Shown in pieces: positions 15,483 to 24,295 of a DNA stretch of 32,000 nt (position 1 is the stretch's first letter; each line of letters starts with the position of its first letter). Source of the stretch: Vibrio vulnificus CMCP6 (lineage in GTDB: Bacteria > Pseudomonadota > Gammaproteobacteria > Enterobacterales > Vibrionaceae). A program made the translations under genes and the position numbers. Below the pieces are notes generated by a model, which saw only the letters and a program-made list of their open reading frames with translations, was not told the origin of the DNA and did no database searches. Location: the NCBI RefSeq assembly GCF_000039765.1, contig NC_004460.2, positions 630,001-662,000 on the forward strand, given 5' to 3'.

Positions 15483-17954
15483 CTAAGGTGCAATTTTGTG
15501 AAGTAGCTGCTCGGTTGGTCTTACTATCGCCACAATGGTTTCATCAAAAATGACCGCATTCTTATCCAATATCGCTTGATAAGTCGCTCGCTCAGCAGCT
15601 GAAAGCACTTGTCCCTGTTGCGCTTTTTCCACCAACTCAAGACCCAGCTCTGCTAACGCTATGGTTGCCTCTGCGATCGCCACACTCTCACGTGAGGCCA
15701 CATTGGCAGCAAAAATCCCACGAGATTGGCGCGCCGCACCTTTCACCGCCTGATAATGCTCAGAAAGCTCCTCAAGCGCCTGCTTGCTTTGCGGACTTTG
15801 CGCATTGCCATTTGGCTGATAGCCACGCACCCACGCTTCCATGTCATACACCGCATAGCTTTCTACCACGAGGGCATCGGCGAACCGATTTAAGCGTTCA
15901 TATTGGTTGTACAAATCCCCTTTGTTTGGCGTAGAAATCCATTTCTCCCAGTGCCTCGCATAATATTGTGCAGGCTCCGTGTATTTGGCTAACGTGATGA
16001 GCGGCGCAACATCTGCCCCATTGGCTAAACGCTGAAGCATCATCCGAGCATCCGCATGATGACGCAGGCCAAGAGAAATTTCCGACCAACTATCCAGCGC
16101 GCGCATTCGACGGTACATACTGGCTTCATCAGTGAGCGATTCACTTGACCAAAGTCGTTCGGCAATCGCATAGCTGCGTGGCCATAAGCGCTGTTCTATG
16201 GTCATCGAATCGAGATTTTCACCCCAAATGGTCACTTCACCACCGAGGATCAATGGCTCCTCTTGTTTGGTCAGTTGAGCAGGATAACCGCCATTGGGTT
16301 GCGGAATGCTCGTCACTTCTCTCTCGCTAGAGGCCACCAAATTGCCAGTTGCTGGCCAACGCACATTGCCAATACGCTGATAGCTGCCTTCTTTTAGTTG
16401 ATCACCAGCAAACTGATAATTGAATTCAGTGTAGGACATGAAGTTGTCAAAATGGCCACGGAATAGCACTCCGGGGACGTATTCCAATACATACACTTCT
16501 TCACGCGATTTACCATTGTAATCGGTAAATGCACGCACTTTGCCGTCAGCACCCTCGATGATGGTGAGATTCCCTTTGCGCGGGCCTCCTTTATTGCGAG
16601 GCTTCACCCAATCGTAGGTGACAAATTTTTCCCCTTGATGCAGTTGATCATCGACGGTGATCCCCTTCGGCATCGGGTCATTACGATAATGGTAGCTGGT
16701 GGGTTGAGGCTGATCGAGATAATAACCCGTCGACAAAATGCCTTGATAGCCCTCTTTGGCCGCTCGGCCAATACTGTCATGCCCCTGCCAACTCTGAATC
16801 ACCACCGATTTCGGCAGATCTTTATGCCAAATTTCATCCCAGCCTGTGATTTTCTTGCCGCGCTGGTTCAGCATCTGCTCGACTCGGCTATTCAGGTACG
16901 ATTGCAGCCCTCGTTCGCCGTCCAATTGATGCTGTTTGATAAACGCTTGGATTTTCGGGTTGTCACGCCACTGTTGATAGTTCGGCTCATCCCCGCCGAT
17001 GTGAAAATACTCATCTGGGAAGAGCTCGACCACTTCATCGAATACGCTTGCCAACATGGTGTAGAGTTCTGGATTGGTTGGGTCCATCAAAGGTTCAAAC
17101 ACACCCCAACCACGCTGCTGAGGGTAAGACTGTTCACCAAGGCCAGACATCAATTCCGGATAGGCGTGCGCGACCGCCGAAGCATGGCCAGGCAGCGAGA
17201 TTTCAGGGATCACACGAATACCAAGATTACGCGCGTACTCAACCACTTGGCGAATTTCATCTTTGCTGTAGAAATCACCATCCGCGGTGGCTTGCCATAA
17301 GCGAGGGTAGTTTTCCAGTTGAATACGAATGCCTTGGTCATCCCAGATATGCCAGTGGAAGACGTTCATTTTCGCTGAGGCCATGGCATCCAATTGGCGC
17401 AAAATCACCGGCAGTTCGATGTAATGACGCGCAGTATCGTACGACACCCCACGCCATTTAAAACGCGGCGCATCAGAGATAGCAACGGCGGGAACGAAGT
17501 AGCCATTGGCATCCGTCGAAACCAGTTGCAGTAAGGTTTCTAAGCCATGAAACGCGCCATAAGGCTCAGTGGATGAAAGCAAAATCTTGCCATTTGCAAC
17601 CTTCAATTGGTATGACTCATCGCTGTCGATATTTTGCACCGCACTGCTTGGGGCACGTTGAATATCTATCACCAACGTTGCTTCTTGTTCGGATTTTGCC
17701 TGCCAATTCAGCATCGGCAAGCCAGTTTGTCGATAGAGCCGCTCCATGGTGCGCTTAACGTTAAACGCCACGCGCGGTGAGTCGTAACCTTTGATATAAA
17801 TACTGAACGCTTTATCCAGCGTCACCTTGCCTTCGCTTAACTCAACGTTTTGCGGGTAAGGCATTAAAACCAAATCGGTATTGGGAGCCATTGCCATCGT
17901 TATCGGTGCCATCAGTACGCCTGAAATCAGTAGAGCCAGTGTAGCTTTGTTCAT
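15483..17954 (-). CDS. Secreted or periplasmic GH20 beta-N-acetylhexosaminidase (chitobiase-like) with an extra C-terminal region
   Basis: 823 aa. It has a signal peptide MNKATLALLISGVLMAPITMAMA, the GH20 catalytic-domain motifs 'FHWHIWDDQG' and 'FHIGGDE' (D-E pair), and a 'W…ERLW' C-terminal GH20 motif. Confidence 0.92.
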   Translation of the reverse strand: MNKATLALLISGVLMAPITMAMAPNTDLVLMPYPQNVELSEGKVTLDKAFSIYIKGYDSPRVAFNVKRTMERLYRQTGLPMLNWQAKSEQEATLVIDIQRAPSSAVQNIDSDESYQLKVANGKILLSSTEPYGAFHGLETLLQLVSTDANGYFVPAVAISDAPRFKWRGVSYDTARHYIELPVILRQLDAMASAKMNVFHWHIWDDQGIRIQLENYPRLWQATADGDFYSKDEIRQVVEYARNLGIRVIPEISLPGHASAVAHAYPELMSGLGEQSYPQQRGWGVFEPLMDPTNPELYTMLASVFDEVVELFPDEYFHIGGDEPNYQQWRDNPKIQAFIKQHQLDGERGLQSYLNSRVEQMLNQRGKKITGWDEIWHKDLPKSVVIQSWQGHDSIGRAAKEGYQGILSTGYYLDQPQPTSYHYRNDPMPKGITVDDQLHQGEKFVTYDWVKPRNKGGPRKGNLTIIEGADGKVRAFTDYNGKSREEVYVLEYVPGVLFRGHFDNFMSYTEFNYQFAGDQLKEGSYQRIGNVRWPATGNLVASSEREVTSIPQPNGGYPAQLTKQEEPLILGGEVTIWGENLDSMTIEQRLWPRSYAIAERLWSSESLTDEASMYRRMRALDSWSEISLGLRHHADARMMLQRLANGADVAPLITLAKYTEPAQYYARHWEKWISTPNKGDLYNQYERLNRFADALVVESYAVYDMEAWVRGYQPNGNAQSPQSKQALEELSEHYQAVKGAARQSRGIFAANVASRESVAIAEATIALAELGLELVEKAQQGQVLSAAERATYQAILDKNAVIFDETIVAIVRPTEQLLHKIAP

Positions 17955-17976
17955 CTTGAGGTTCCTGTGCTAACAC

Positions 17977-18010
17977 GATGAGTTTCAGAGCAAGATCACT
18001 GAAACTCATC
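17977..18010 (-). other. Intercistronic 12-bp perfect hairpin (symporter-GH20 junction)
   Basis: gatgagtttcag (17977-17988) pairs with ctgaaactcatc (17999-18010), with a 10-nt loop and no U-run on the minus strand. Confidence 0.5.
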
Positions 18011-18033
18011 GAACAGAGATTAGAAGAGGGAGA

Positions 18034-19551
18034 TTACAGCTCGCGCGCCGCTTGACGATTTGCCAGCGATTCGTCGCGATCCAGCTCGCCTTTGTCGGAG
18101 AGTTCCATTTCCATCAAAGCGCGTTCATCGTCTAAGATGGCGCGTGCCATTTCGGCAGAGACTTGATTTGCTGGCGTCAGCAGGCTCACGACGACACCGG
18201 CAGTTAATGCCACCAAACACGATGGGATCACCGGGTTGCCCCAAAACGTGGTCAGGCTCGGACTCATCATCACCGTCACGGAAGCAGCAGACGCACCCGC
18301 CAGTGTTGCTAAGGCTCCTTGCCAGTTATAACGAGACCAAAAACGCCCCAACATACCGCAGACAAACATGCCAGACATGACTGTAGAAATCATTTTGGTG
18401 ATGTAGCTGATGATGTCGTTTGAGGTGAGAGCAAACAGCAAGGCGAAACCAATCACCACCACTAACGCCAGACGCGAGTAGTTGAGCATCGACTCTTTGT
18501 TTGGCACACGGCCTGTGAACATCACATACACATCACGCAGCAGGATGGACACGCCCGCAATCGCATCAGAACTGGCACTCGACATGGTGGCCGAAAGGCC
18601 AGCAATAAGCACAATCATCCCCACACCGACAGGCAACACCGTGGCAGCCACGTAAGGGAACGCATAGTTTGAGTTGGTCAACTCTGGGTTAATCGCATGC
18701 GCTGCCATACCGATAATGGCAGGGATAATTGAGAAGAACAGGTACAACACGCCCGAGCCAACAAACGAACGACGGATGGTTGAAACATCTTTGCCCGAGT
18801 AGATACGCTGACGGAACGACGGCGTTGCTAACACGCCCACACCAATCACGACAGACAATGAAATCGCCGGGATCAACCCGAGTTTGTCGATGGCCAAAAA
18901 GCTGACTGCCGCTGGGTCCATCGCGCTATAGAGATTATCTAGGCCCCCAATGTGCTGCACAGACAAGACCGCCATGAGAATGAAGCCAACAAACAAGATC
19001 ACGGCTTGAATGGTATCGGTCCATACCACGGCGGTATAACCGCCAATCACCACGTAAATAGTAAAGGCCGCCGCAATCACAATTTTCGCGGTGCTTAGTT
19101 CAATGTCGGCAATCCACGCAAGGTACATGCCACCGCCAAGAATGTGCGCGCCAAGCCAACCAATCGATGCAATGAAAATCAACAAGCCGACCACATTTTT
19201 GACGATGCGGTTCGCACCGACATAGTAGGCCAACTCCTCACTCATGGTCATAAAGTTGAGTTTACGAACAGGGGCAAACCACAAAGCGAGAAGAAGAATG
19301 CCCACGGCACCACCAATGCCATAGAGCGCTCCCGCCCAACCATTGGCATAACCAAAGCCTACCGCTCCCATACTGGAACCCGTTCCCACCATGGTGGCAA
19401 CTGTGGTGCCTAAGACGAGAAATAACGGTAAACCTCGACCACCTAATAAAAAATCTTCTCCTGATTTTTGATTACGTGAAACAAACCAGCCGAGCCAAAT
19501 AAGGAAAAGCACATATATTCCAAATCCGGTTAAAAAAAGTGTGCTATTCAT
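18034..19551 (-). CDS. Sodium:solute symporter (SSF family)
   Basis: 505 aa with ~13 TM helices and SSF-type N-terminal 'FLLGGRGLP' and 'GSSMGAVGFGY' segments. Confidence 0.88.
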   Translation of the reverse strand: MNSTLFLTGFGIYVLFLIWLGWFVSRNQKSGEDFLLGGRGLPLFLVLGTTVATMVGTGSSMGAVGFGYANGWAGALYGIGGAVGILLLALWFAPVRKLNFMTMSEELAYYVGANRIVKNVVGLLIFIASIGWLGAHILGGGMYLAWIADIELSTAKIVIAAAFTIYVVIGGYTAVVWTDTIQAVILFVGFILMAVLSVQHIGGLDNLYSAMDPAAVSFLAIDKLGLIPAISLSVVIGVGVLATPSFRQRIYSGKDVSTIRRSFVGSGVLYLFFSIIPAIIGMAAHAINPELTNSNYAFPYVAATVLPVGVGMIVLIAGLSATMSSASSDAIAGVSILLRDVYVMFTGRVPNKESMLNYSRLALVVVIGFALLFALTSNDIISYITKMISTVMSGMFVCGMLGRFWSRYNWQGALATLAGASAASVTVMMSPSLTTFWGNPVIPSCLVALTAGVVVSLLTPANQVSAEMARAILDDERALMEMELSDKGELDRDESLANRQAAREL

Positions 19552-19647
19552 TGAACACCTCTCAGGTAATTTAAGTCCATCTTTCAGATAAAATATCCCT
19601 GTCCTTCTACTTTGGCAGGCATGATTATTTTTATTTCAGGGAGTGAA

Positions 19648-19689
19648 GGTGCCGAATAAGAATAACAAGGAGAGTTCAAATTCGGCACC
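19648..19689 (-). other. 10-bp stem hairpin in the 189-bp RidA-symporter spacer
   Basis: ggtgccgaat (19648-19657) pairs with attcggcacc (19680-19689), with a 22-nt loop. Confidence 0.4.
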
Positions 19690-19740
19690 GTGTGAGTTTG
19701 TCTTTGTGACGATTAACTCAAATAAGTGCGTTGATATTTA

Positions 19741-20133
19741 TTAGCGACGGTCGGCTCGATAACACGTGACGTCGACTTCCACTTTGACATCCACCACAAG
19801 GTCACACACCATGCAAATACGCGCAGGTGGATGCTCGCCAAAAAACTCTTTAAACACTTTATTGAACGACTGGAAATAGCGTGCATCGGTCAACACAACC
19901 TTAACGTGTACTACATCTTCTAGCGTATAGCCCGCCTCGCTCATGATGTCGACACAGTTTTGAATTGCGAGGCGAGACTGATCAACAATGCCACCTTCAA
20001 CCACTTCACCATCAATCATCGGTGTTTGGCCAGAGACGTAAAGGAAACCACCCGCTTCGGTTGCTCGTGCAAAGGGTAAATGCTGACCACCTGTGCCCAC
20101 GCCGCCTTCTACGCCATATCGTTTAATTGACAT
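19741..20133 (-). CDS. RidA-family reactive-intermediate (enamine/imine) deaminase
   Basis: 130 aa with 'FLYVSGQTP…', '…VKVVLTDARYFQSFNKVFKEFF…PARICMVC' and a C-terminal 'VEVDVTC', the canonical RidA layout. Confidence 0.88.
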   Translation of the reverse strand: MSIKRYGVEGGVGTGGQHLPFARATEAGGFLYVSGQTPMIDGEVVEGGIVDQSRLAIQNCVDIMSEAGYTLEDVVHVKVVLTDARYFQSFNKVFKEFFGEHPPARICMVCDLVVDVKVEVDVTCYRADRR

Positions 20134-20208
20134 TATTTTTCTCCATTACTTTCTTACTTAATTTCATTAATTTAATATTTATCAAATAACTTTATTTGAA
20201 TTAAATCG

Positions 20209-21642
20209 TTATTTATTTCGATAAATAAAAACACCGTTTCTGTGTTTTGAAACCTGACCATTAAAATAAGCCAGTATTCCATTCACGAATACCCGTTCAA
20301 TACCTTGCGCTAACGAAATGGGATTTTCAAAAGTTGCGGTATCTTTCACTGTTCTCGGATTAAATAAAACCAAGTCAGCAAATGCACCTTGTTTTATAAC
20401 CCCTCGTTCACTGAGGTTATATCGTTTAGCAGACATTCCCGTCATTTTGTGAATCGCTTCTTGCAGGGAAAAGAGTTTTTCTTCTCGGCAATAATGCCCG
20501 AGCACTTTCGGGAAAGTGCCCCACAAGCGCGGGTGTGGATGAGGATCGTTCGGCAATCCATCCGAACCCACCATGGTTAAGCGGTATTTCAACACTCGCT
20601 TAACATCTTGTTCGTCCATGCAGTGATACACCGCTCCAGCAGGTTGTAGCGCTTTGGCTGCTTCCATGAGAGGTAAGCCCATCTCCTTAGCGATCTGCTT
20701 AAGCATCTTGCCGGCAAACTGTGGCTGGCTTTTCGACCAAGTAATAAAAATGTCGATCTCTTCTGTCACTTGAGTCAGATCTAAAGTGGAAGAGCTGGCC
20801 GAATAAGGGTAACAATCGCAAGAGACATCTTGATGTTGAGCGGCTTTTTCCATCAGATCCACCACTTCAACAGTGCGTCCCCAATTGCCCGCGCCCGCGC
20901 ATTTAAGATGGGAGATCACCACAGGTACCTTAGCAAACTGGCCCGTTTCAAAGGCTTCCGCCATCGCACTGAGTATCTCTTCAAATTCGGTACGCATGTG
21001 GGTGGTATAAATGCCCTCATACTCGCCGAGCACTTGTGCTAAGCGCATCACTTCATCGGCGGTCGCCTGCTTAGCACTGGCATAAGCCAAACCTGAACTT
21101 AGCCCCAGCGCCCCCTGCTCCATCGCTAAAGCGAGCGCTTGTCGCATCTGCTCGATTTCTTCATCGGATGCGGCGCGTAACAAATCATCCATAACATTGT
21201 TACGCAGTGTCGTATGGCCAACCAACGCCGCCACATTCACGGCAGGTTGCGCGCGTGTTACCGCTTCAGCGTAATGAGCAAAAGTCGGGTATTTAAAATC
21301 GGCTTGCTCGCCAAGCAAGTTCATCGGGTCAGGCGGATCACCCGCTAAAATCGTCGGGCTGGCACTAATACCACAATTACCCACAATCACGGTTGTCACC
21401 CCTTGGCTGACTTTAGCCAAACACTCTGGATAACGAATCACATTGGTATCGTCATGAGTATGAACATCGATAAATCCCGGTGCTAGCGCCAAGCCCTGGC
21501 CATCAATCACACAAGCCGCAGACGCATATTGACTATCACCAATTTGAGCAATTCGCTGCCCTTGAATGGCGACATCAGACACAAATGGCATCCCACCGGT
21601 GCCATCAAAAATTTCCACATTTCGAATTATGGTATCGAACAC
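20209..21642 (-). CDS. N-acyl-D-amino-acid deacylase (D-aminoacylase) family amidohydrolase
   Basis: 477 aa. It has the N-terminal beta-sandwich 'IIRNVEIFDGTG…DVAIQGQRIAQIG', the metal motif 'GFIDVHTHDD', and 'MVGSDGLP…HPRLWGTFPKVLG', typical of D-aminoacylases. Confidence 0.85.
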   Translation of the reverse strand: MFDTIIRNVEIFDGTGGMPFVSDVAIQGQRIAQIGDSQYASAACVIDGQGLALAPGFIDVHTHDDTNVIRYPECLAKVSQGVTTVIVGNCGISASPTILAGDPPDPMNLLGEQADFKYPTFAHYAEAVTRAQPAVNVAALVGHTTLRNNVMDDLLRAASDEEIEQMRQALALAMEQGALGLSSGLAYASAKQATADEVMRLAQVLGEYEGIYTTHMRTEFEEILSAMAEAFETGQFAKVPVVISHLKCAGAGNWGRTVEVVDLMEKAAQHQDVSCDCYPYSASSSTLDLTQVTEEIDIFITWSKSQPQFAGKMLKQIAKEMGLPLMEAAKALQPAGAVYHCMDEQDVKRVLKYRLTMVGSDGLPNDPHPHPRLWGTFPKVLGHYCREEKLFSLQEAIHKMTGMSAKRYNLSERGVIKQGAFADLVLFNPRTVKDTATFENPISLAQGIERVFVNGILAYFNGQVSKHRNGVFIYRNK

Positions 21643-21740
21643 TCTACGTCTCTCTACTGCTCAACTCTTTAACCTGATGTCATAGTAAATCTTGCTAAAA
21701 ATTAATCAGTGACAAAACACACAAATAAACACGAAAAGTT

Positions 21741-21755
21741 TGATACTTTCTATCA
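21741..21755. promoter_or_regulatory. 15-bp palindrome in the divergent promoter region (candidate RpiR operator)
   Basis: TGATA-CTTTC-TATCA is the only clear dyad I saw in the 182-bp spacer between the D-aminoacylase operon and the deaminase/rpiR genes. Confidence 0.4.
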
Positions 21756-21824
21756 CAAGATCTATTTTAGAAACAAACAAACTCAAAATATCAATCACTT
21801 AAATCATGTTAGAAGTAGATAACC

Positions 21825-23090
21825 ATGAAAAAACCTTATGAAAATCATGATAGAAACTATCATAACTTTGTTGTTAAACGCCCCGCTGTTGGTGAAAAAA
21901 GCCAAGCAATTCAACCTCAAGCATGCAATTTATCGTTGGACGAAGTGAGCCTGCCGAGTGCGGTGATTCACGCGTCTGCACTCAACAATAACCTTAAGTG
22001 GATGCAACAGTTTGCCAATCACCACCACGTGAAACTGGCCCCACACGGCAAAACCTCCATGACGCCCGATTTCTTCCGCCAACAACTTGAACATGGCGCG
22101 TGGGGCATCACCGTTGCCACCGCGGCGCAGGCGGAAGTGGCTGCCATGGCTGGGGCGAAAAACATCATCATCGCGAATCAACTGGTGGGCAAAGCCAACA
22201 TGGCCATCATCAGTCAACTCATCGAAGATCCTGAGATTCACCTGTACTGCTGCGTGGATTCATCACGGAACATTCGCGCCCTTTCGCACTTTTTTGCCCA
22301 ACGCCAGCAAACACTTCATCTTTTCATTGAATTGGGAGTGAATGGCGGCCGTTGTGGTTGTCGAAGCGAAGCACAAGTGCTTTCACTCGCTAACGAAATC
22401 CACTCACTGCCTCATTTGGCGTTGGCAGGCATCGAGGTGTACGAAGGGGTGATTCATGGTGAAAATGCCGAGGAAGAGATTTGCCATTTCTTGCAGAATG
22501 CGATCTCTTTGGCTCGCAAGCTCAAAAGCACTCAATTGATCGCATCACAGCCAATCATCACTGGTGCGGGCTCAGCTTGGTATGACGTTGTGGCGGAGCA
22601 ATTTAGCGGCCTTACCGATCTCACCCCCGTCATTCGCCCTGGCTGCTACGCCATCCATGACACAGGAATTTACCAAACCGCACAGCAAAACGTGATGCAA
22701 AGAGCCCAACAAAATCAGGGCGTCGCGTGCGATCTTGGTGGGGATTTGCTCTCTGCGCTTGAGCTATGGGCACATGTTATTTCTCGCCCAGAACCAACGC
22801 GTCTTGTGGTGGGCATGGGTAAACGCGATGTGGCATTTGATGCTGGCCTGCCCACGTTAGAACGCGCGTTTCGCGACGGTCAGCCGTTGCCAATAGCTGC
22901 TGGCGTGACATCAATCGCGATCATGGATCAACACACGTTTGTCGAGATCCCGGCAGAGTGCGAACTCGATGTCGGCGATATTCTGGTTTTCTCCACCTCT
23001 CACCCTTGCCTCACCATCGACAAATGGCGCGCGTTGGCCATTCGCGATGAACACTATCAAGTGAGCCATTGGGTAGAAACCCGCTTCTGA
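21825..23090 (+). CDS. PLP-dependent D-serine-dehydratase-like / D-threonine-aldolase-like enzyme (alanine racemase N-terminal fold; DSD1 family 'amino acid deaminase')
   Basis: 421 aa. It has a PLP-lysine context 'LAPHGKTSM' and a C-terminal 'FSTSHPCLT' (H-x-C metal motif of the DSD1 family). The SD before 21825 is weak, so the exact start is uncertain. Confidence 0.8.
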   Translation: MKKPYENHDRNYHNFVVKRPAVGEKSQAIQPQACNLSLDEVSLPSAVIHASALNNNLKWMQQFANHHHVKLAPHGKTSMTPDFFRQQLEHGAWGITVATAAQAEVAAMAGAKNIIIANQLVGKANMAIISQLIEDPEIHLYCCVDSSRNIRALSHFFAQRQQTLHLFIELGVNGGRCGCRSEAQVLSLANEIHSLPHLALAGIEVYEGVIHGENAEEEICHFLQNAISLARKLKSTQLIASQPIITGAGSAWYDVVAEQFSGLTDLTPVIRPGCYAIHDTGIYQTAQQNVMQRAQQNQGVACDLGGDLLSALELWAHVISRPEPTRLVVGMGKRDVAFDAGLPTLERAFRDGQPLPIAAGVTSIAIMDQHTFVEIPAECELDVGDILVFSTSHPCLTIDKWRALAIRDEHYQVSHWVETRF

Positions 23091-23186
23091 TGAATTTGTG
23101 CGATGTGAAAGCAGCAACTTAGAGCAAATTACGCTATTCTTGCGACCGCAGTTTTACTGCGGTCATTGGCAACGTAGGACAATCCC

Positions 23187-24050
23187 TTGAGTTTAGAAGT
23201 CGATATTATTTCTCAAATTACCGAACGTTTTAGCGCATTACGCGAGGCAGAAAAGAAAGTCGCCAAATTGGTGATGGATGACATTGAAACCGCCGCCAAT
23301 GCGAGTATTACTGAACTGGCCCAGAGCGCCGATGTCAGCGAGGCCACCATTACGCGCTTTGCCAAAGCGATTGGTTGTAAGAATGTGCGCGAAATGAAGA
23401 TCAAACTGGCGCAATCACTCACCGTGGGCCAACGATTTATTCTCGAACCGCCTGATCAAAGTGGCTATCAAGTGATTTACGAATCCATCAAACAATCACT
23501 CGATATCAACCGTGCTTTGATTAATGAACAAGATATTGATCAAGCCGTTGAGTGGCTCTATGGTGCAAGACAAATCATCAGTGTCGGCATGGGTGGTGGT
23601 TCCACCATTGCGTCTCAGGAACTGCAACATCGCCTGTTTCGTTTGGGCTTTGCCATTGTTGCCTACCACGATGGTTTGATGACACGCATGGTCGCCGCTA
23701 CCGCTGATGCTAATGACGTCATGGTGTTGATTTCAGCGACAGGCTACACCCCAGTGATCGTTGAGACGGCGCAACTGGCTCGCGATTACGGCCTGAAAAT
23801 CATTGCCATCACCCCAAAAGGCACTCCATTGGCTGAACAAGCAAACGTGGTTTTGCCGATAGAGCATCACGAAACGGATTTTATCTACAAGCCTTCCGCC
23901 TCACGTTACGCCATGCTGGCCCTTGTCGATGTACTTTCTATGGCGTTAGCGGTGAAAAACAAACGCCGCTCACGTGACAAACTGCGCCGCTTAAAAGTGG
24001 CATTAGACTCACATCGTGGCGGCGGGGATAGGCAGCCTTTGGGTGATTAG
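23187..24050 (+). CDS. RpiR-family regulator (HTH_6 plus SIS sugar-phosphate/sugar-acid sensing domain)
   Basis: 287 aa with a TTG start per the track. It has 'LREAEKKVAKLVMDD…ASITELAQSADVSEATITRFAKAIG' (the RpiR HTH) and an SIS 'ISVGMGGGSTIASQ' loop. Confidence 0.85.
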   Translation: MSLEVDIISQITERFSALREAEKKVAKLVMDDIETAANASITELAQSADVSEATITRFAKAIGCKNVREMKIKLAQSLTVGQRFILEPPDQSGYQVIYESIKQSLDINRALINEQDIDQAVEWLYGARQIISVGMGGGSTIASQELQHRLFRLGFAIVAYHDGLMTRMVAATADANDVMVLISATGYTPVIVETAQLARDYGLKIIAITPKGTPLAEQANVVLPIEHHETDFIYKPSASRYAMLALVDVLSMALAVKNKRRSRDKLRRLKVALDSHRGGGDRQPLGD

Positions 24051-24068
24051 GCACAGCCAGTAAATCAG

Positions 24069-24100
24069 ATAGAGCGACATTCGGTGTCGCTCTATTTATA
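24069..24100 (+). terminator. Intrinsic terminator after rpiR
   Basis: atagagcgaca (24069-24079) pairs with tgtcgctctat (24085-24095), followed by a T-rich tail. Confidence 0.7.
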
Positions 24101-24187
24101 TTCCTCCTGCGAGCTTAATCCCGTTTCTCACCTTAAAAATCACATTAATTCAAACCCTTACTATACTCATGAGGGCAAATGCATTTA

Positions 24188-24205
24188 ATTCATCACTTGA
24201 TGAAT
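24188..24205. promoter_or_regulatory. 18-bp palindrome upstream of the HlyD/ABC operon (candidate operator)
   Basis: ATTCATCA-CT-TGATGAAT has perfect 8-bp arms and sits ~90 bp upstream of the 24296 start. Confidence 0.45.
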
Positions 24206-24295
24206 ATTTGCAGAATTAAGTTGCTAGAGCAGCAACCACACCCAGCGTTACACTGTTGATTGATTAACCACTACCGTTACTGTTAGGACGATCGC

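Noticed and set aside
16635-17461. 221-aa and 137-aa plus-strand ORFs
   Set aside because: They are antisense to the GH20 gene, whose frame carries the HIGGDE catalytic motif. They are Arg/His-rich shadow products.
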